DNA from: Candidatus Cloacimonadota bacterium
GTDB lineage: Bacteria > Cloacimonadota > Cloacimonadia > JGIOTU-2
Assembly (NCBI GenBank): GCA_049903315.1
Contig: JBNGBT010000002.1
Span: 1-64,000, forward strand
Length of the DNA: 64,000 bases
Reading direction: 5' to 3'
Of the stretch, positions 10,083-22,438 are shown in pieces (the stretch's first letter is position 1; every line of letters begins with the position of its first letter). A program made the translations under genes and the position numbers. Below the pieces are notes generated by a model. The model was not told the DNA's origin and searched no databases. It saw only the letters and a list, made by a program, of their open reading frames with translations.

Positions 10083-12812
10083 ATGAAAAAAGTACTTATT
10101 ATTCTCTTAGTTTCGTTGTTCATGTTCGCATCATTTGCCTTTGCAGCAGGCGCTGGCAATTTGGCAGGCAAAGTAACGAACGAAAAAACAGGCGATCCAA
10201 TCGCTGATGCAAATGTCTATGTCGAAGGAACCGAGTTTGGTATGCTGACTCGCAATAATGGCACATTTCTTCTAAAAAATGTCCCAGAAGGAAACTATAC
10301 TGTTGCGGTGAGCTATCTCGGTTATGAGTTAACAAAGAAGCCAGTCGATATCAAAGACGGCTTAACTTCAACCTTGAACTTCACCCTTACTATCAAAGAC
10401 ATCGGAATTCCTGGTATGACAGTATTTGCAGACAGGGCAGAAGAAACAACCCCTGTTGCTTATACTGACGTGAGTCATGAAGAGATCGCAATGGATCTCG
10501 GTTCTCGCGACCTTCCACTGGTTCTCAAGAGTACACCAAGTGTGTATTCTACAGATCAGGGTGGCGGTGCAGGTGATGCAGGTTTGTACATTCGTGGTTT
10601 TAACCAAAGAAATGTCGCTATAATGATCAATGGTGTTCCGGTCAATGATATGGAAAATGGCTGGGTATATTGGTCAAACTGGGATGGAGTCGGTGATGCA
10701 ACATCCTCGATCCAGGTACAGAGGGGTCTCAGCGCAATCAACCTCGCAGTACCCTCAATCGGTGGTACAATGAACATCATTACTGATCCCACACAAATGA
10801 CTTCTGGTGCGCGTTTCAAACAGGAATATGGTTCAGGCAACTTTAGGAAAATGACCCTTATTGGAAATACTGGTCTTATTAATGACAAATATGCTCTCAG
10901 TTTTGCCTTGGTTCGCAAACAAGGTGATGGTGTTGCAGATGGGACATGGACTGATGCCTATGCATATTATCTTGCTACTTCCTACAATCTGAATGATAAA
11001 AACAGATTGGAATTCTATGCTGTCGGTGCTCCTCAGCAACATGGCCAAAGAAGATATGCTCAGAATATTGCAGCTTTCAGCCATAAGGAAGCCAAAGAAT
11101 TAGCGACCACAATTCCAGCAACTGGTCCTAATAATATGACTGATTATCTTAATCAATTCCGTGAAATGGGCTTTAATTATAATGAGAATTTCAATACTCT
11201 AAATTCAGCGTATCATGGGCAGCAATGGTGGGACGGAGATTATCATCAGCGTTATGATTATTCTTTCCTCAACGAGAGCACAAACTATTATCACAAACCA
11301 CAACTTAACCTGAACTGGTTCAGTCAACTCACTGAGAAATTAAATCTCTATTCTACTTTATATTACTCTGGTGGAATCGGTGGTGGTGGTGGCACGTTCG
11401 GCAGCATGAAATGGGATTATTCCTTCCCTTCACGTGTTATCGACTGGGATGCTACTATTGCAAATAATATTGCTAATGATAACGGTTCAAAAGGTATTCT
11501 TAGAAATAGTGTCAACAAACAATGGACTATCGGTGCTATCGTAAAAGCTGAATACGAAGTAAGTCCTGAGATAAGTACCCTTATTGGTGTTGACTGGCGT
11601 ACTGCAGAGATCGATCACTTCAGAGAGGTCAGAGACCTCCTTGGCGGTGATTATTATTACTGGACAGGTAATGAATTTGATCCTGATACAACCTACTATG
11701 AAAAAGTCCTTGGTGATAAGATCGACTATAACAGCACGAACACCGTTGATTGGATGGGTGGATTTGCACAAGGTGAATTTAAACAAGGTCCCCTCACTGC
11801 CTTTGGTTCTGCAGGACTTTCAGCAGTAAAATACACCTTTACTGACCACTTCCACAAAAATACTGCCGGTAAGGAAATCACAACTGAAACCAAGTATATC
11901 CCAGGTTATCAGATTAAGGGTGGGCTTAGTTATCTCGTGATGCCGGATCTCGGCGTATTTGGTAATGCCGGTTATGTGTCCAAAGCCCCTATCTTTGACG
12001 AAGTCATTGATGACAGTGATGGAAAGAAAGCAGACGATCCTCAAAATGAAAAATTCATGAGTGGTGAAGCTGGCTTCAGTTGGGTTGGTTTGGATGGACT
12101 CCTAAATATCAAAGTTGGTGGTTACTACACAAAATGGATGGATCAGGTTTACAGAGAGTGGGTTGTACTTGATACAGCATCCACAGACGAAGAAGCTGTT
12201 TTCATCAGCGGGCTTGACTCCCGCCACATGGGTGCCGAATTTGAAGCAAATTTCCAGGCTGCAGACTTCCTGAACTTCCAGCTCAATGCTTCAAAAGGAT
12301 TCTGGAAATATACCGATGACGTCAGTGCAGTGATCAAACATACTACCGGACCCAATGATACTATTAATGTTTACGTTAAAGACCTGAAAGTCGGTGGTCA
12401 ACCGCAAACACAGATCGCTCTTACCGCGAGTGTGTATCCTTTTGATGGAATGGCTGTCAGGATTGTTGGAAAACACTATATGGACTTTTGGAGTAATTGG
12501 AATACTCTCGACAGAGATGACCCGACTGACAGAACTCAAAGTTGGAAAGTTCCTGACTACTCTACAGTGGATCTTCATCTAATGTATCAAATTCCTACAG
12601 TTGTGAAAGGTCTCAGAATGAGTGTTTTTGCTCATGTGTTTAATCTCTTGAATGGGATTTATATCCAAGATGCTACTGATAATAGCGCTTATGATTGCTG
12701 GGGCTCCTATGGTTGTGGTGGAACACCTAAATATCCTCACACATCCAGTGCCGCAGAAGTCTTCTTTGGATCTAGACGTACCATCAATCTTGGTGTTGAA
12801 ATCGGATTATAA
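10083..12812 (+). CDS. TonB-dependent receptor with N-terminal carboxypeptidase-regulatory-like domain
   Basis: Signal peptide; GKVT...GDPIADANV; plug motif IRGFNQRNVAIMINGVPVND; barrel-like C-terminus. Confidence 0.9.
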   Translation: MKKVLIILLVSLFMFASFAFAAGAGNLAGKVTNEKTGDPIADANVYVEGTEFGMLTRNNGTFLLKNVPEGNYTVAVSYLGYELTKKPVDIKDGLTSTLNFTLTIKDIGIPGMTVFADRAEETTPVAYTDVSHEEIAMDLGSRDLPLVLKSTPSVYSTDQGGGAGDAGLYIRGFNQRNVAIMINGVPVNDMENGWVYWSNWDGVGDATSSIQVQRGLSAINLAVPSIGGTMNIITDPTQMTSGARFKQEYGSGNFRKMTLIGNTGLINDKYALSFALVRKQGDGVADGTWTDAYAYYLATSYNLNDKNRLEFYAVGAPQQHGQRRYAQNIAAFSHKEAKELATTIPATGPNNMTDYLNQFREMGFNYNENFNTLNSAYHGQQWWDGDYHQRYDYSFLNESTNYYHKPQLNLNWFSQLTEKLNLYSTLYYSGGIGGGGGTFGSMKWDYSFPSRVIDWDATIANNIANDNGSKGILRNSVNKQWTIGAIVKAEYEVSPEISTLIGVDWRTAEIDHFREVRDLLGGDYYYWTGNEFDPDTTYYEKVLGDKIDYNSTNTVDWMGGFAQGEFKQGPLTAFGSAGLSAVKYTFTDHFHKNTAGKEITTETKYIPGYQIKGGLSYLVMPDLGVFGNAGYVSKAPIFDEVIDDSDGKKADDPQNEKFMSGEAGFSWVGLDGLLNIKVGGYYTKWMDQVYREWVVLDTASTDEEAVFISGLDSRHMGAEFEANFQAADFLNFQLNASKGFWKYTDDVSAVIKHTTGPNDTINVYVKDLKVGGQPQTQIALTASVYPFDGMAVRIVGKHYMDFWSNWNTLDRDDPTDRTQSWKVPDYSTVDLHLMYQIPTVVKGLRMSVFAHVFNLLNGIYIQDATDNSAYDCWGSYGCGGTPKYPHTSSAAEVFFGSRRTINLGVEIGL

Positions 12813-12831
12813 ATCTAATTGTAAATTAAAT

Positions 12832-12868
12832 AAAGACCTTCGAGCTTCGGTTCGAGGGTCTTTTTTTT
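12832..12868 (+). terminator. Rho-independent terminator
   Basis: AAAGACCTTCGAGC-TTCG-GTTCGAGGGTC followed by T8, just after the receptor gene. Confidence 0.85.
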
Positions 12869-12992
12869 AGGATTAAACCACAGAGAATACAGAGATCATA
12901 GAGTATATAAAACAACACAAAATCGTATTATGCGTGAGGGATTAATGCCTGTATATTATGTATTACTTAGGAATGTGCTTGAAAAAAATGTA

Positions 12993-13883
12993 TTAACCAA
13001 TCGTTACAAGTATGATTCCTGTAAAAGAAAGTACGAGTCCGATAAATTTTCGTAAAGTAAAACGTTCTTTTAAAAAAATTGCAGCAAATATAAAGACAAA
13101 GATCACGCTTGTCTGATTAATAGCAGTAGCTACACTAGCGTACGCAAATTTTAGGCCAGCGAGCCATATAACCATTGCGAGATATGCACCAAGTACTGTT
13201 CCAGGAATCATATGCATCCATTCTTTGGATGGTTTAAGAGTTCCAAATATTATTTTTTTCTGGGGATGGAATATTGCGATGATAGCCATCACGATTGTGC
13301 CGGATATGAGTCGTACTTCAGTGCACCAGATAATGGGAGAATTATCAAGAATGGGTTTGGCAATGATCACACTCACAGCCATTGCAAGAACAGATAACAC
13401 TCCAAGAAAGATGCCAAGCGCAAGTTTCTTCTTTGTGATCTCAAATGAGGAGATTCGTATTGTAGTAATACCAATAGCAAATATGATCAATGCTGCTCCA
13501 ATAAATTGCACAATGCTGAGTTTCTCACCAAGGAAAATAAAAGAGAGCCCGATTACAAACGGATTGAACAGAGTATTGACTACTGTAGATATACCCGCAC
13601 CAAGTATGTTCAAACTTGAAAAATAGATTGTATCTGCAAAGGCGATACCTACGACACCACTTACAATAAGTATGAGATAGTCATTTAAAGGGGCAGCTCT
13701 TAAAATTTCTTTTCCAAGAACAAGTGACGTCAAAATAAAAAGGATGGAAGAAACAGTATTCTTGAAGAAATTGAGAGCAAACGGTTTGGTGGTTTCCCCG
13801 CTTTTGCGAAAAAACATGATTGCTGATGCCCATACGATCGCACAAATAAGAGAGAGAATTTCACCAAAATAGGGGATATTCAT
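12993..13883 (-). CDS. EamA/DMT family transporter
   Basis: About 10 transmembrane helices in two repeats, ending FLGEKL and FLKERF. Confidence 0.9.
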   Translation of the reverse strand: MNIPYFGEILSLICAIVWASAIMFFRKSGETTKPFALNFFKNTVSSILFILTSLVLGKEILRAAPLNDYLILIVSGVVGIAFADTIYFSSLNILGAGISTVVNTLFNPFVIGLSFIFLGEKLSIVQFIGAALIIFAIGITTIRISSFEITKKKLALGIFLGVLSVLAMAVSVIIAKPILDNSPIIWCTEVRLISGTIVMAIIAIFHPQKKIIFGTLKPSKEWMHMIPGTVLGAYLAMVIWLAGLKFAYASVATAINQTSVIFVFIFAAIFLKERFTLRKFIGLVLSFTGIILVTIG

Positions 13884-13889
13884 GAAAAA

Positions 13890-14891
13890 TTAGAATTCGT
13901 CCTCGCTTTTTGGTGAACGTGTCATAAGAGTGATAACGCCCTCTTTTGGTGAGAGTTCTTCAAATAAAACCTCATGTATCTTATCTGTGATAGGCATATC
14001 CACATCCATTTTATGAGAAAGTTGGAATGCAGATTTGGTCGTGTTTATTCCTTCAGCTACCATTTCCATAGAAGAGAGTATTTCTTTCAACGAATATCCT
14101 TTTGCCAGTTGGTTTCCTACATAGCGGTTTCTGCTGTGTAAACTGTCACATGTCACTATGAGATCTCCAATCCCAGAAATACCAGAAAAGGTATGAGGAT
14201 TTGCCCCACATGCAACTCCCAGACGTGTAATCTCTCGTAAACCACGAGTAATGAGAGCAGCTTTTGTATTGTCACCCATGCCCATTCCATCTGAGATACC
14301 GGCACCGATTGCGATCACGTTTTTTAACGATCCGCCAAGCTCAACTCCGATAATATCTGTGCTTGTATACACTCGAAAATAATCAGTCATGAAAATTTGT
14401 TGAATTGATTTTGCATACTCTTCGCTCGTAGAAGCCGCAACAATGGTGGCAGGGAGTTTCTTACTCACTTCTTCGGAATGTGTCGGTCCAGATAATGTAG
14501 CAATTCTTTCAAATGCAATACCAGCTTCATCATTGATCACTTCAGACATGCGCAGCGTGGTTTCATTTTCAATTCCCTTTGCCACGTTCACTATATTTTT
14601 CTCACGAAGTTCATTCTTGACTTGTCCAACAATGTATCTGACCACATGAGAAGGAACCGCAAGCACAATTATTTCTGAATGTGTTGCTGCATATGAAAGA
14701 TCATTTGTGATTTCGATATTGTCAGGAAACATGCATCCTTTAAGAAAAAAAGCATTTTCCCGGGTTTTTTGCATATCGTCAGCCCGTTCTTTGATCCATT
14801 CCCATCCAATAACAGGATAGCCTTTCTCTGCTAAAAGTATTGCAAGGGTCGTACCCCAACTGCCCATTCCGATGAGCGAAATTTTTTCCAT
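13890..14891 (-). CDS. gpsA: NAD(P)H-dependent glycerol-3-phosphate dehydrogenase
   Basis: GMGSWGT, KGIE, LSGP, GVELGGSLKNVIAI, GDLIVTCxSxHSRN. Confidence 0.95.
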   Translation of the reverse strand: MEKISLIGMGSWGTTLAILLAEKGYPVIGWEWIKERADDMQKTRENAFFLKGCMFPDNIEITNDLSYAATHSEIIVLAVPSHVVRYIVGQVKNELREKNIVNVAKGIENETTLRMSEVINDEAGIAFERIATLSGPTHSEEVSKKLPATIVAASTSEEYAKSIQQIFMTDYFRVYTSTDIIGVELGGSLKNVIAIGAGISDGMGMGDNTKAALITRGLREITRLGVACGANPHTFSGISGIGDLIVTCDSLHSRNRYVGNQLAKGYSLKEILSSMEMVAEGINTTKSAFQLSHKMDVDMPITDKIHEVLFEELSPKEGVITLMTRSPKSEDEF

Positions 14892-14956
14892 GATTATCCT
14901 AAAAATTTATAACAATATTACTTTTATCATCAAAATTATTACAAGTTTTTTAGATT

Positions 14957-14983
14957 TTAGCACTCTGCTAATTTAAGTGCCAA
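14957..14983 (+). promoter_or_regulatory. CIRCE element (HrcA operator) upstream of clpB-groEL
   Basis: TTAGCACTC-N9-AAGTGCCAA versus consensus TTAGCACTC-N9-GAGTGCTAA; TTGACA follows at 14990. Confidence 0.85.
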
Positions 14984-15048
14984 AATTATTTGACAATATA
15001 TGAGGTTCATATATATTTTTTAGTAAAATCGGAGAATTTAGTAATAAT

Positions 15049-17649
15049 ATGAATTTAAATAAATTTACCTTAAAAGCACAAGAGGCAATTCAATCAGCGC
15101 TGCAGCTCGCTGAGCAGTTCGGTCATCAGGAGATCACTCCGGCTCATGTTATGGCTGTGCTAATAAAGCAGCCGGAAGGAATTATTCCTTCGATCCTGAA
15201 CAAATTGGAGGTCAACAAAGACCAGTTCTACAATGCTTTAGAAAAAATATTGCAGAACAAACCATCGGTTTCAGGGAGTGCTCAGCAGCCATATTTATCA
15301 GCAGAATTGAATAAAATATTCACGACAGCCCAGAAAGAAGCTGATAGACTCAATGATGATTATCTCAGCACAGAGCATATTTTCCTTGCAATGCTGAGAG
15401 ATAAGAACGAGCTGAGTGATCTGTTCAAACAATTCGGCATCACAGAGAAAGATGTCATGCAGATACTCAAAGAAATTCGTGGAAACCAACGTATAACAGA
15501 TCAGGATCCTGAAGCAAAATATCAAGCCCTGGAGCGCTATGCCCGAAATATTACAGACCTGGCACGCAAAGGTAAGCTCGATCCCGTAATCGGCCGCGAT
15601 GATGAGATACGCTCAGTTATGCAGATACTTTCCAGACGGAGGAAAAATAATCCTGTACTCATCGGTGAAGCAGGTGTGGGCAAAACCGCTATTGTGGAAG
15701 GTCTTGCAAAACGAATAGTTGAAAATGATGTCCCGGAAAATCTGAAAGGAAAAGATGTCGTTGAACTCGATATGGGAGCTTTACTTGCAGGAGCAAAATT
15801 TCGTGGCGAGTTTGAGGATAGGCTTAAAGCTGTTCTTAAAGAAGTTGAGTCAGCCCAGGGACAGGTCATACTCTTTATTGATGAACTCCATACCGTTGTA
15901 GGTGCAGGTGCTGCAGAAGGTGCAATTGATGCGTCAAATATGCTCAAGCCAGCCTTAGCGCGTGGTGAGCTGCATTGTATTGGTGCAACAACACTTAATG
16001 AGTATAGAAAATATATCGAAAAAGATGCCGCGCTGGAACGCCGTTTCCAGCCAGTCATGGTGTATGAACCCGATACAAATGATACCATATCCATTCTTCG
16101 AGGTATCAAAGAAAAATATGAAATACATCATGGTGTAAAAATAAAAGATTCTGCCATTATTGCTGCTGCCACACTTTCCGAAAGATATATTACCGATAGA
16201 TTCTTGCCTGATAAGGCAATTGATCTCATTGATGAGGCATGTGCGCATATACGTATGCAAATTGACAGTCTTCCAACAGAACTTGATGAGATTGAGCGGA
16301 AAATACGTCAGCTCGAAATTGAAAATCATTCTCTCAGAAAAGAAAAGGATGAGAAATCAGTTGCGCGAAAAGAAGAAATCGAAACCCGTTTGAAAGATTT
16401 ACAGGAAAAGGGAAACCATATTCGCGTACACTGGACTCGCGAGAAGGAACTCATCGGTGCGATCCGTGAGATCAAAGAGAAAATCGATCAGACAAAAACT
16501 GAAATGGAAAGAGCAGAGAGAAATGCCGATCTGACAAAAGCATCAGAATTAAAATACGGAACTCTTAGCAAGCTCAATGAAGAACTCCAAAAAAAGAACA
16601 AGGAATTGGAAGACCTTCAGAAAAATCAGAAGATCCTCAAAGAAGAGATAGATGAAAATGATATTGCCGAGATAGTATCAAAATGGACTCACATCCCGAT
16701 TTCAAAGATGCTTGAAAGCGAAGCTGCTCGTCTTGTGGATATGGAAAAGGAACTTCATAAACGTGTTGTCGGTCAGGATGAAGCAATTGTTGCAGTATCA
16801 AATGCAATCCGCCGAAATCGTGCAGGTATCAGTCCGGAAGGACGACCAATCGGAACCTTCATGTTTCTTGGACCAACAGGTGTGGGAAAAACTGAGCTTG
16901 CAAAAACGCTCTCTCAAATCTTGTTTGATACAGAAAAAGCAATGATACGGCTTGATATGTCCGAATATATGGAGCGACACACCGTGTCTAAACTTGTAGG
17001 AGCTCCTCCTGGATACGTTGGTTATGAAGAAGGGGGACAGCTTACAGAAGCAGTTCGAAGACGACCCTACTGTGTCATTCTTTTTGATGAGATTGAAAAA
17101 GCACATCCAGATGTATTTAACATACTTTTACAGATCATGGAAGATGGACGTCTGACCGATGGGCAGGGACGCACAGTTGATTTTACAAATACCGTGATCA
17201 TTATGACATCAAATATTGCTTCGCAGGAAATCTTTGCTGCGAACTCAAAAGAAGATATTTCTCAATCTGTTATAATGAAAGCATTACAGGCGCATTTCAA
17301 ACCGGAATTTCTTAACAGATTGGATGAGATTATCATATTCCACAAACTTTCTCATGAAGACATGAAGGAGATCATGGAAATACAACTTGCCGATCTGAAG
17401 AAGCGAATGGCTTCAAGAGGATTTGAAATTGACTTTTCTGAAAAAGCAAAAGATTTCATTTTACAGCATGGTTATGATCCTCAATATGGTGCACGACCGC
17501 TTAAACGAGTTATTCAAAAAGAAATTGAAAATAAAGTTGCCTTAGAGCTCCTCAAAGATTATAATATTGACGAGGGTACAACCTCCGAAAAGCATAAAAA
17601 GCTTTTTGTTGACATGAAAGATAGCGAAATTGCCATAAAGCGAAAATAA
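15049..17649 (+). CDS. clpB: ATP-dependent chaperone ClpB
   Basis: Clp N domain, two AAA+ modules ([16 protein letters not shown]) and a long coiled-coil middle domain. Confidence 0.97.
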   Translation: MNLNKFTLKAQEAIQSALQLAEQFGHQEITPAHVMAVLIKQPEGIIPSILNKLEVNKDQFYNALEKILQNKPSVSGSAQQPYLSAELNKIFTTAQKEADRLNDDYLSTEHIFLAMLRDKNELSDLFKQFGITEKDVMQILKEIRGNQRITDQDPEAKYQALERYARNITDLARKGKLDPVIGRDDEIRSVMQILSRRRKNNPVLIGEAGVGKTAIVEGLAKRIVENDVPENLKGKDVVELDMGALLAGAKFRGEFEDRLKAVLKEVESAQGQVILFIDELHTVVGAGAAEGAIDASNMLKPALARGELHCIGATTLNEYRKYIEKDAALERRFQPVMVYEPDTNDTISILRGIKEKYEIHHGVKIKDSAIIAAATLSERYITDRFLPDKAIDLIDEACAHIRMQIDSLPTELDEIERKIRQLEIENHSLRKEKDEKSVARKEEIETRLKDLQEKGNHIRVHWTREKELIGAIREIKEKIDQTKTEMERAERNADLTKASELKYGTLSKLNEELQKKNKELEDLQKNQKILKEEIDENDIAEIVSKWTHIPISKMLESEAARLVDMEKELHKRVVGQDEAIVAVSNAIRRNRAGISPEGRPIGTFMFLGPTGVGKTELAKTLSQILFDTEKAMIRLDMSEYMERHTVSKLVGAPPGYVGYEEGGQLTEAVRRRPYCVILFDEIEKAHPDVFNILLQIMEDGRLTDGQGRTVDFTNTVIIMTSNIASQEIFAANSKEDISQSVIMKALQAHFKPEFLNRLDEIIIFHKLSHEDMKEIMEIQLADLKKRMASRGFEIDFSEKAKDFILQHGYDPQYGARPLKRVIQKEIENKVALELLKDYNIDEGTTSEKHKKLFVDMKDSEIAIKRK

Positions 17650-17654
17650 ATTAA

Positions 17655-19325
<1,671 letters not shown>

Positions 19326-19350
19326 TTCTGACTATCCAATATATTCTTAC

Positions 19351-19385
19351 AAGCATCCATGTTTCGGCATGGGTGCTTTTTTTTT
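19351..19385 (+). terminator. Rho-independent terminator after groEL
   Basis: AAGCATCCATG...CATGGGTGCTT hairpin followed by a T run. Confidence 0.85.
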
Positions 19386-19466
19386 ATAAATACAAGATGT
19401 AAAGTACAATTTGACAAAATAAAAGTATATAAAAAATACTTGAAAAAAACAAAAGGAGTGCAAAAA

Positions 19467-22367
19467 ATGAAAAAATTGTTTTTTGTTTGTTTGATTTTTC
19501 TTATGATTCCACTTGCTCTTCTCGCTGATAGGGAATGGACAATTCTTGCTCAATATCCTATTCCAGAAAGTTCTTCCGGGCTTGCCTGGGACGGCACCTA
19601 TCTTTATAGCGGTATCTACGGCTCAAATGGGGGAAATGTCTATCGTATTGATCCGACGAATGGTTCGTATCAGTTACAATTTACAGGAACGCAAGGCGAT
19701 GCATATGGTATGACCTACAATGGATCTCATCTTGTGATAGTCGATCATCAAACTGCTACTGCTGATCCAGCTATTGCTCTGAAGTACACAACTTCAGGGA
19801 CATACATTGGACAGTTTGATCTTCCTGACCACTATATGTCCGGCATAGCTTACGACAGTGGAAATTACTGGTGCTCAACCTATTATAATCCTGATGGGTG
19901 GATATATAAGATCACAGAATCCGGTACTATTCTCACAAGTTTTGCCGCGCCGGATAACCAGCCATGGGACCTTTGTATGGAGCACGGCAATCTCTGGATG
20001 GCAGATTACTGGGGAGATGCGCTCTATGCAATTGATCCTAATACAGGAACGCTATTAGAAACACACGCTTCAGAGCATACTGACCCGGCTGGCATAGTGT
20101 ATGATGGGCAATATCTCTGGTATTGTGATAACGGTGCAGATTACGATCATGATTGGCTTTATAAAGTCGAACTTGGTGGTGCAGGAACTCCAGTCATAAA
20201 TATCCCTAATACAAATTACCCATTTGGGACTGTCACAGTTGGAGATTCTGCTTCGTGGAATTGCTATGTTTATAGTGTGGGCACAGGCGATCTTGTTGTC
20301 ACAGACATTACTCTTGCAGGTTTGAATGCATCCGATGTCCATTATACTCTGGATCTTCCACAAACTATCCTTCCCGGTAATAATATTGTTATCCCATTTA
20401 CATATTTACCTGCTGAAGCAGGTTCATTGAATTGTATTGCAACAGTCTTTTCAAGCGACCCACTCTCATCAGAAGTTGATATTACACTCACCGGAGATGC
20501 GGTCAACCCAGGACCGAGTATTTCTGTTATGAACGACACACATGATTATGGTACGGTAAGAGCGAATTCATATAATCGTTGGTATATTGAGATTGAAAAT
20601 ATTGGTGATGAGATTCTCTCAATTACAAATGCCTCTTCAAGTAGTCCAACTCATTTTATTATTGATGAATCAGTAACATATCCTATTAATCTTTATCCTC
20701 TTGAAACAACTGAGATTGGTGTATGGTTTACACCTGCATCAGGAACCTATTATTCTGAAATAATCAGCATTGACAGCAACGACCCGTCGCATCCATGTAC
20801 ACAAGTTGCGGTTGCAGGAGAAGGTAATAATATTGACTATCCTATAGGAAGCCTGCTCTGGTACTACTCAATTTCAACAAGTTGGGATAACAGTGTCAAA
20901 GCTATCGCCCCTATTACAGATATAAATGGAGACGGTATTGATGATGTAATTGTATCCTCCGAAGATGATTATTTCCGTTGCTTCAATGGTAACTCTTCCG
21001 GACTTGCAGATGTACTGTGGGAGGTTGAAATACCAAGTGGTTCACTCAGCTACCAAAAAGAATTGACTGTAACCAAAGATCTAAATGGTGACGGATATCG
21101 TGATTTTATTATTGGTACTCCATGGGGTGACAGATCCATACGTGCTGTATCCGGAAAAACCGGTGCAATCATCTGGACACATGATACCCATGAATACGGT
21201 GACGGTGGCTGGGTATACCAGGTAGATGCAGATTTCGATTATAATGCCGATGGTATCCCTGACGTACTTGCAGCAACAGGTGATGATGGCGATACTCATA
21301 CCGGTCCTCAAAGAGCATACTGTCTGAATGGCACGAATGGAATGTCACTTTGGGAGTTCTATACTCCAGGTCCAAAATTCTCTGTGATGGGCGTAAATGA
21401 TGTCAATGATGATAATATACCTGATGCAGTAGCAGGTGCATCATCTCAAAATGAACTCACAGGTTATGTGTACGGGATCAATGGTGCTAATGGTTCGCAG
21501 TTATGGAGTTATACAGTTTCCGGCTCGTCAGTGTGGGCACTTGGGCAACTTGATGATATTAATGATGATAACATCAAAGACATAATTGTAGGTGATTTTT
21601 ATGGTGCATACTATTATATAGATCCTACAGATGGCAGTGTAATACATAACGGTTCTATGGGTTCATGTCTCCTTCTCGATGTTGAGATCATGGATGATGT
21701 CAATGGCGATAACTATAGAGATGCAATGCTTGAGAATAGCACAACAAATGCAAGAATGCTTAATGGATATAGTGCAAGTTCGATCTGGAATGTTTCGTTA
21801 GCAGATAAAGCATGGAATATTGCCCGTATCGATGATATCAGTGGTGATGGCATCAATGATGTTATAATAGGCACTCTCTTTTCAAACAATTACTGCTATT
21901 TTATGAATGGAGTGAATGGCGATATTCTTCACTCCTTTAACTTTGGACAGGCTGTTGATGGTTTAAATGCAATACCTGATATTGACGGAGACGGGAGTAT
22001 GGAAATGGTTGTTGGTGGACGCGAAGGAACTCTTTCATGTTATTCAGGTGGCTTGAATGCGTTGGTCTCTGTTGATGAAGAACCCAATTTGACAAATTCA
22101 ATTCTTACTCAAAATTTCCCAAATCCATTCTCAACAGATACTTTGATTAAGTTCTCAAAACCCGAAGGGTATGTTGCCAATACTTCAATTAAGATTTATA
22201 ATGTAATTGGACAGCTCGTTACAGAAACTCAGCTAGACCAAACGCAGAATTCCTACATCTGGGATGGAACTGATTTTCATGGCAAAGCAGTAAGTTCCGG
22301 TATTTATTTCTACAAAGTTCAGAGTGGAGATTATAATGTAACTAGCAAGATGATATACATGAAGTAA
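19467..22367 (+). CDS. Large secreted protein: beta-propeller, two Ig-like domains, FG-GAP-like repeats, FlgD-Ig/T9SS-like C-terminal domain
   Basis: Start re-assigned to ATG 19467 (AAGGAG RBS, signal peptide MKKLFFVCL). Repeated DINGDGxxD motifs; tail QNFPNPF...IYNVIGQLV...WDG...SSGIYFYK. Confidence 0.8.
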   Translation: MKKLFFVCLIFLMIPLALLADREWTILAQYPIPESSSGLAWDGTYLYSGIYGSNGGNVYRIDPTNGSYQLQFTGTQGDAYGMTYNGSHLVIVDHQTATADPAIALKYTTSGTYIGQFDLPDHYMSGIAYDSGNYWCSTYYNPDGWIYKITESGTILTSFAAPDNQPWDLCMEHGNLWMADYWGDALYAIDPNTGTLLETHASEHTDPAGIVYDGQYLWYCDNGADYDHDWLYKVELGGAGTPVINIPNTNYPFGTVTVGDSASWNCYVYSVGTGDLVVTDITLAGLNASDVHYTLDLPQTILPGNNIVIPFTYLPAEAGSLNCIATVFSSDPLSSEVDITLTGDAVNPGPSISVMNDTHDYGTVRANSYNRWYIEIENIGDEILSITNASSSSPTHFIIDESVTYPINLYPLETTEIGVWFTPASGTYYSEIISIDSNDPSHPCTQVAVAGEGNNIDYPIGSLLWYYSISTSWDNSVKAIAPITDINGDGIDDVIVSSEDDYFRCFNGNSSGLADVLWEVEIPSGSLSYQKELTVTKDLNGDGYRDFIIGTPWGDRSIRAVSGKTGAIIWTHDTHEYGDGGWVYQVDADFDYNADGIPDVLAATGDDGDTHTGPQRAYCLNGTNGMSLWEFYTPGPKFSVMGVNDVNDDNIPDAVAGASSQNELTGYVYGINGANGSQLWSYTVSGSSVWALGQLDDINDDNIKDIIVGDFYGAYYYIDPTDGSVIHNGSMGSCLLLDVEIMDDVNGDNYRDAMLENSTTNARMLNGYSASSIWNVSLADKAWNIARIDDISGDGINDVIIGTLFSNNYCYFMNGVNGDILHSFNFGQAVDGLNAIPDIDGDGSMEMVVGGREGTLSCYSGGLNALVSVDEEPNLTNSILTQNFPNPFSTDTLIKFSKPEGYVANTSIKIYNVIGQLVTETQLDQTQNSYIWDGTDFHGKAVSSGIYFYKVQSGDYNVTSKMIYMK

Positions 22368-22387
22368 TAATAATACTTACTTATACT

Positions 22388-22418
22388 AAAAAAGCCACGT
22401 GATCACGTGGCTTTTTTT
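22388..22418. terminator. Bidirectional terminator between convergent genes
   Basis: Perfect palindrome AAAAAAGCCACGTGATCACGTGGCTTTTTT. Confidence 0.85.
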
Positions 22419-22438
22419 AATATCAATAAATGAGTTTA

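Noticed and set aside
15537..16109. Long antisense or alternate-frame ORFs (also 10556..10918, 38992..39495, 51911..52339 and others)
   Set aside because: They are shadows of well-supported genes and show no recognisable motifs.
19359..19466. 36-aa N-terminal extension of the 1002-aa ORF
   Set aside because: It overlaps the groEL terminator and a TTGACA; the RBS and signal peptide point to ATG 19467.
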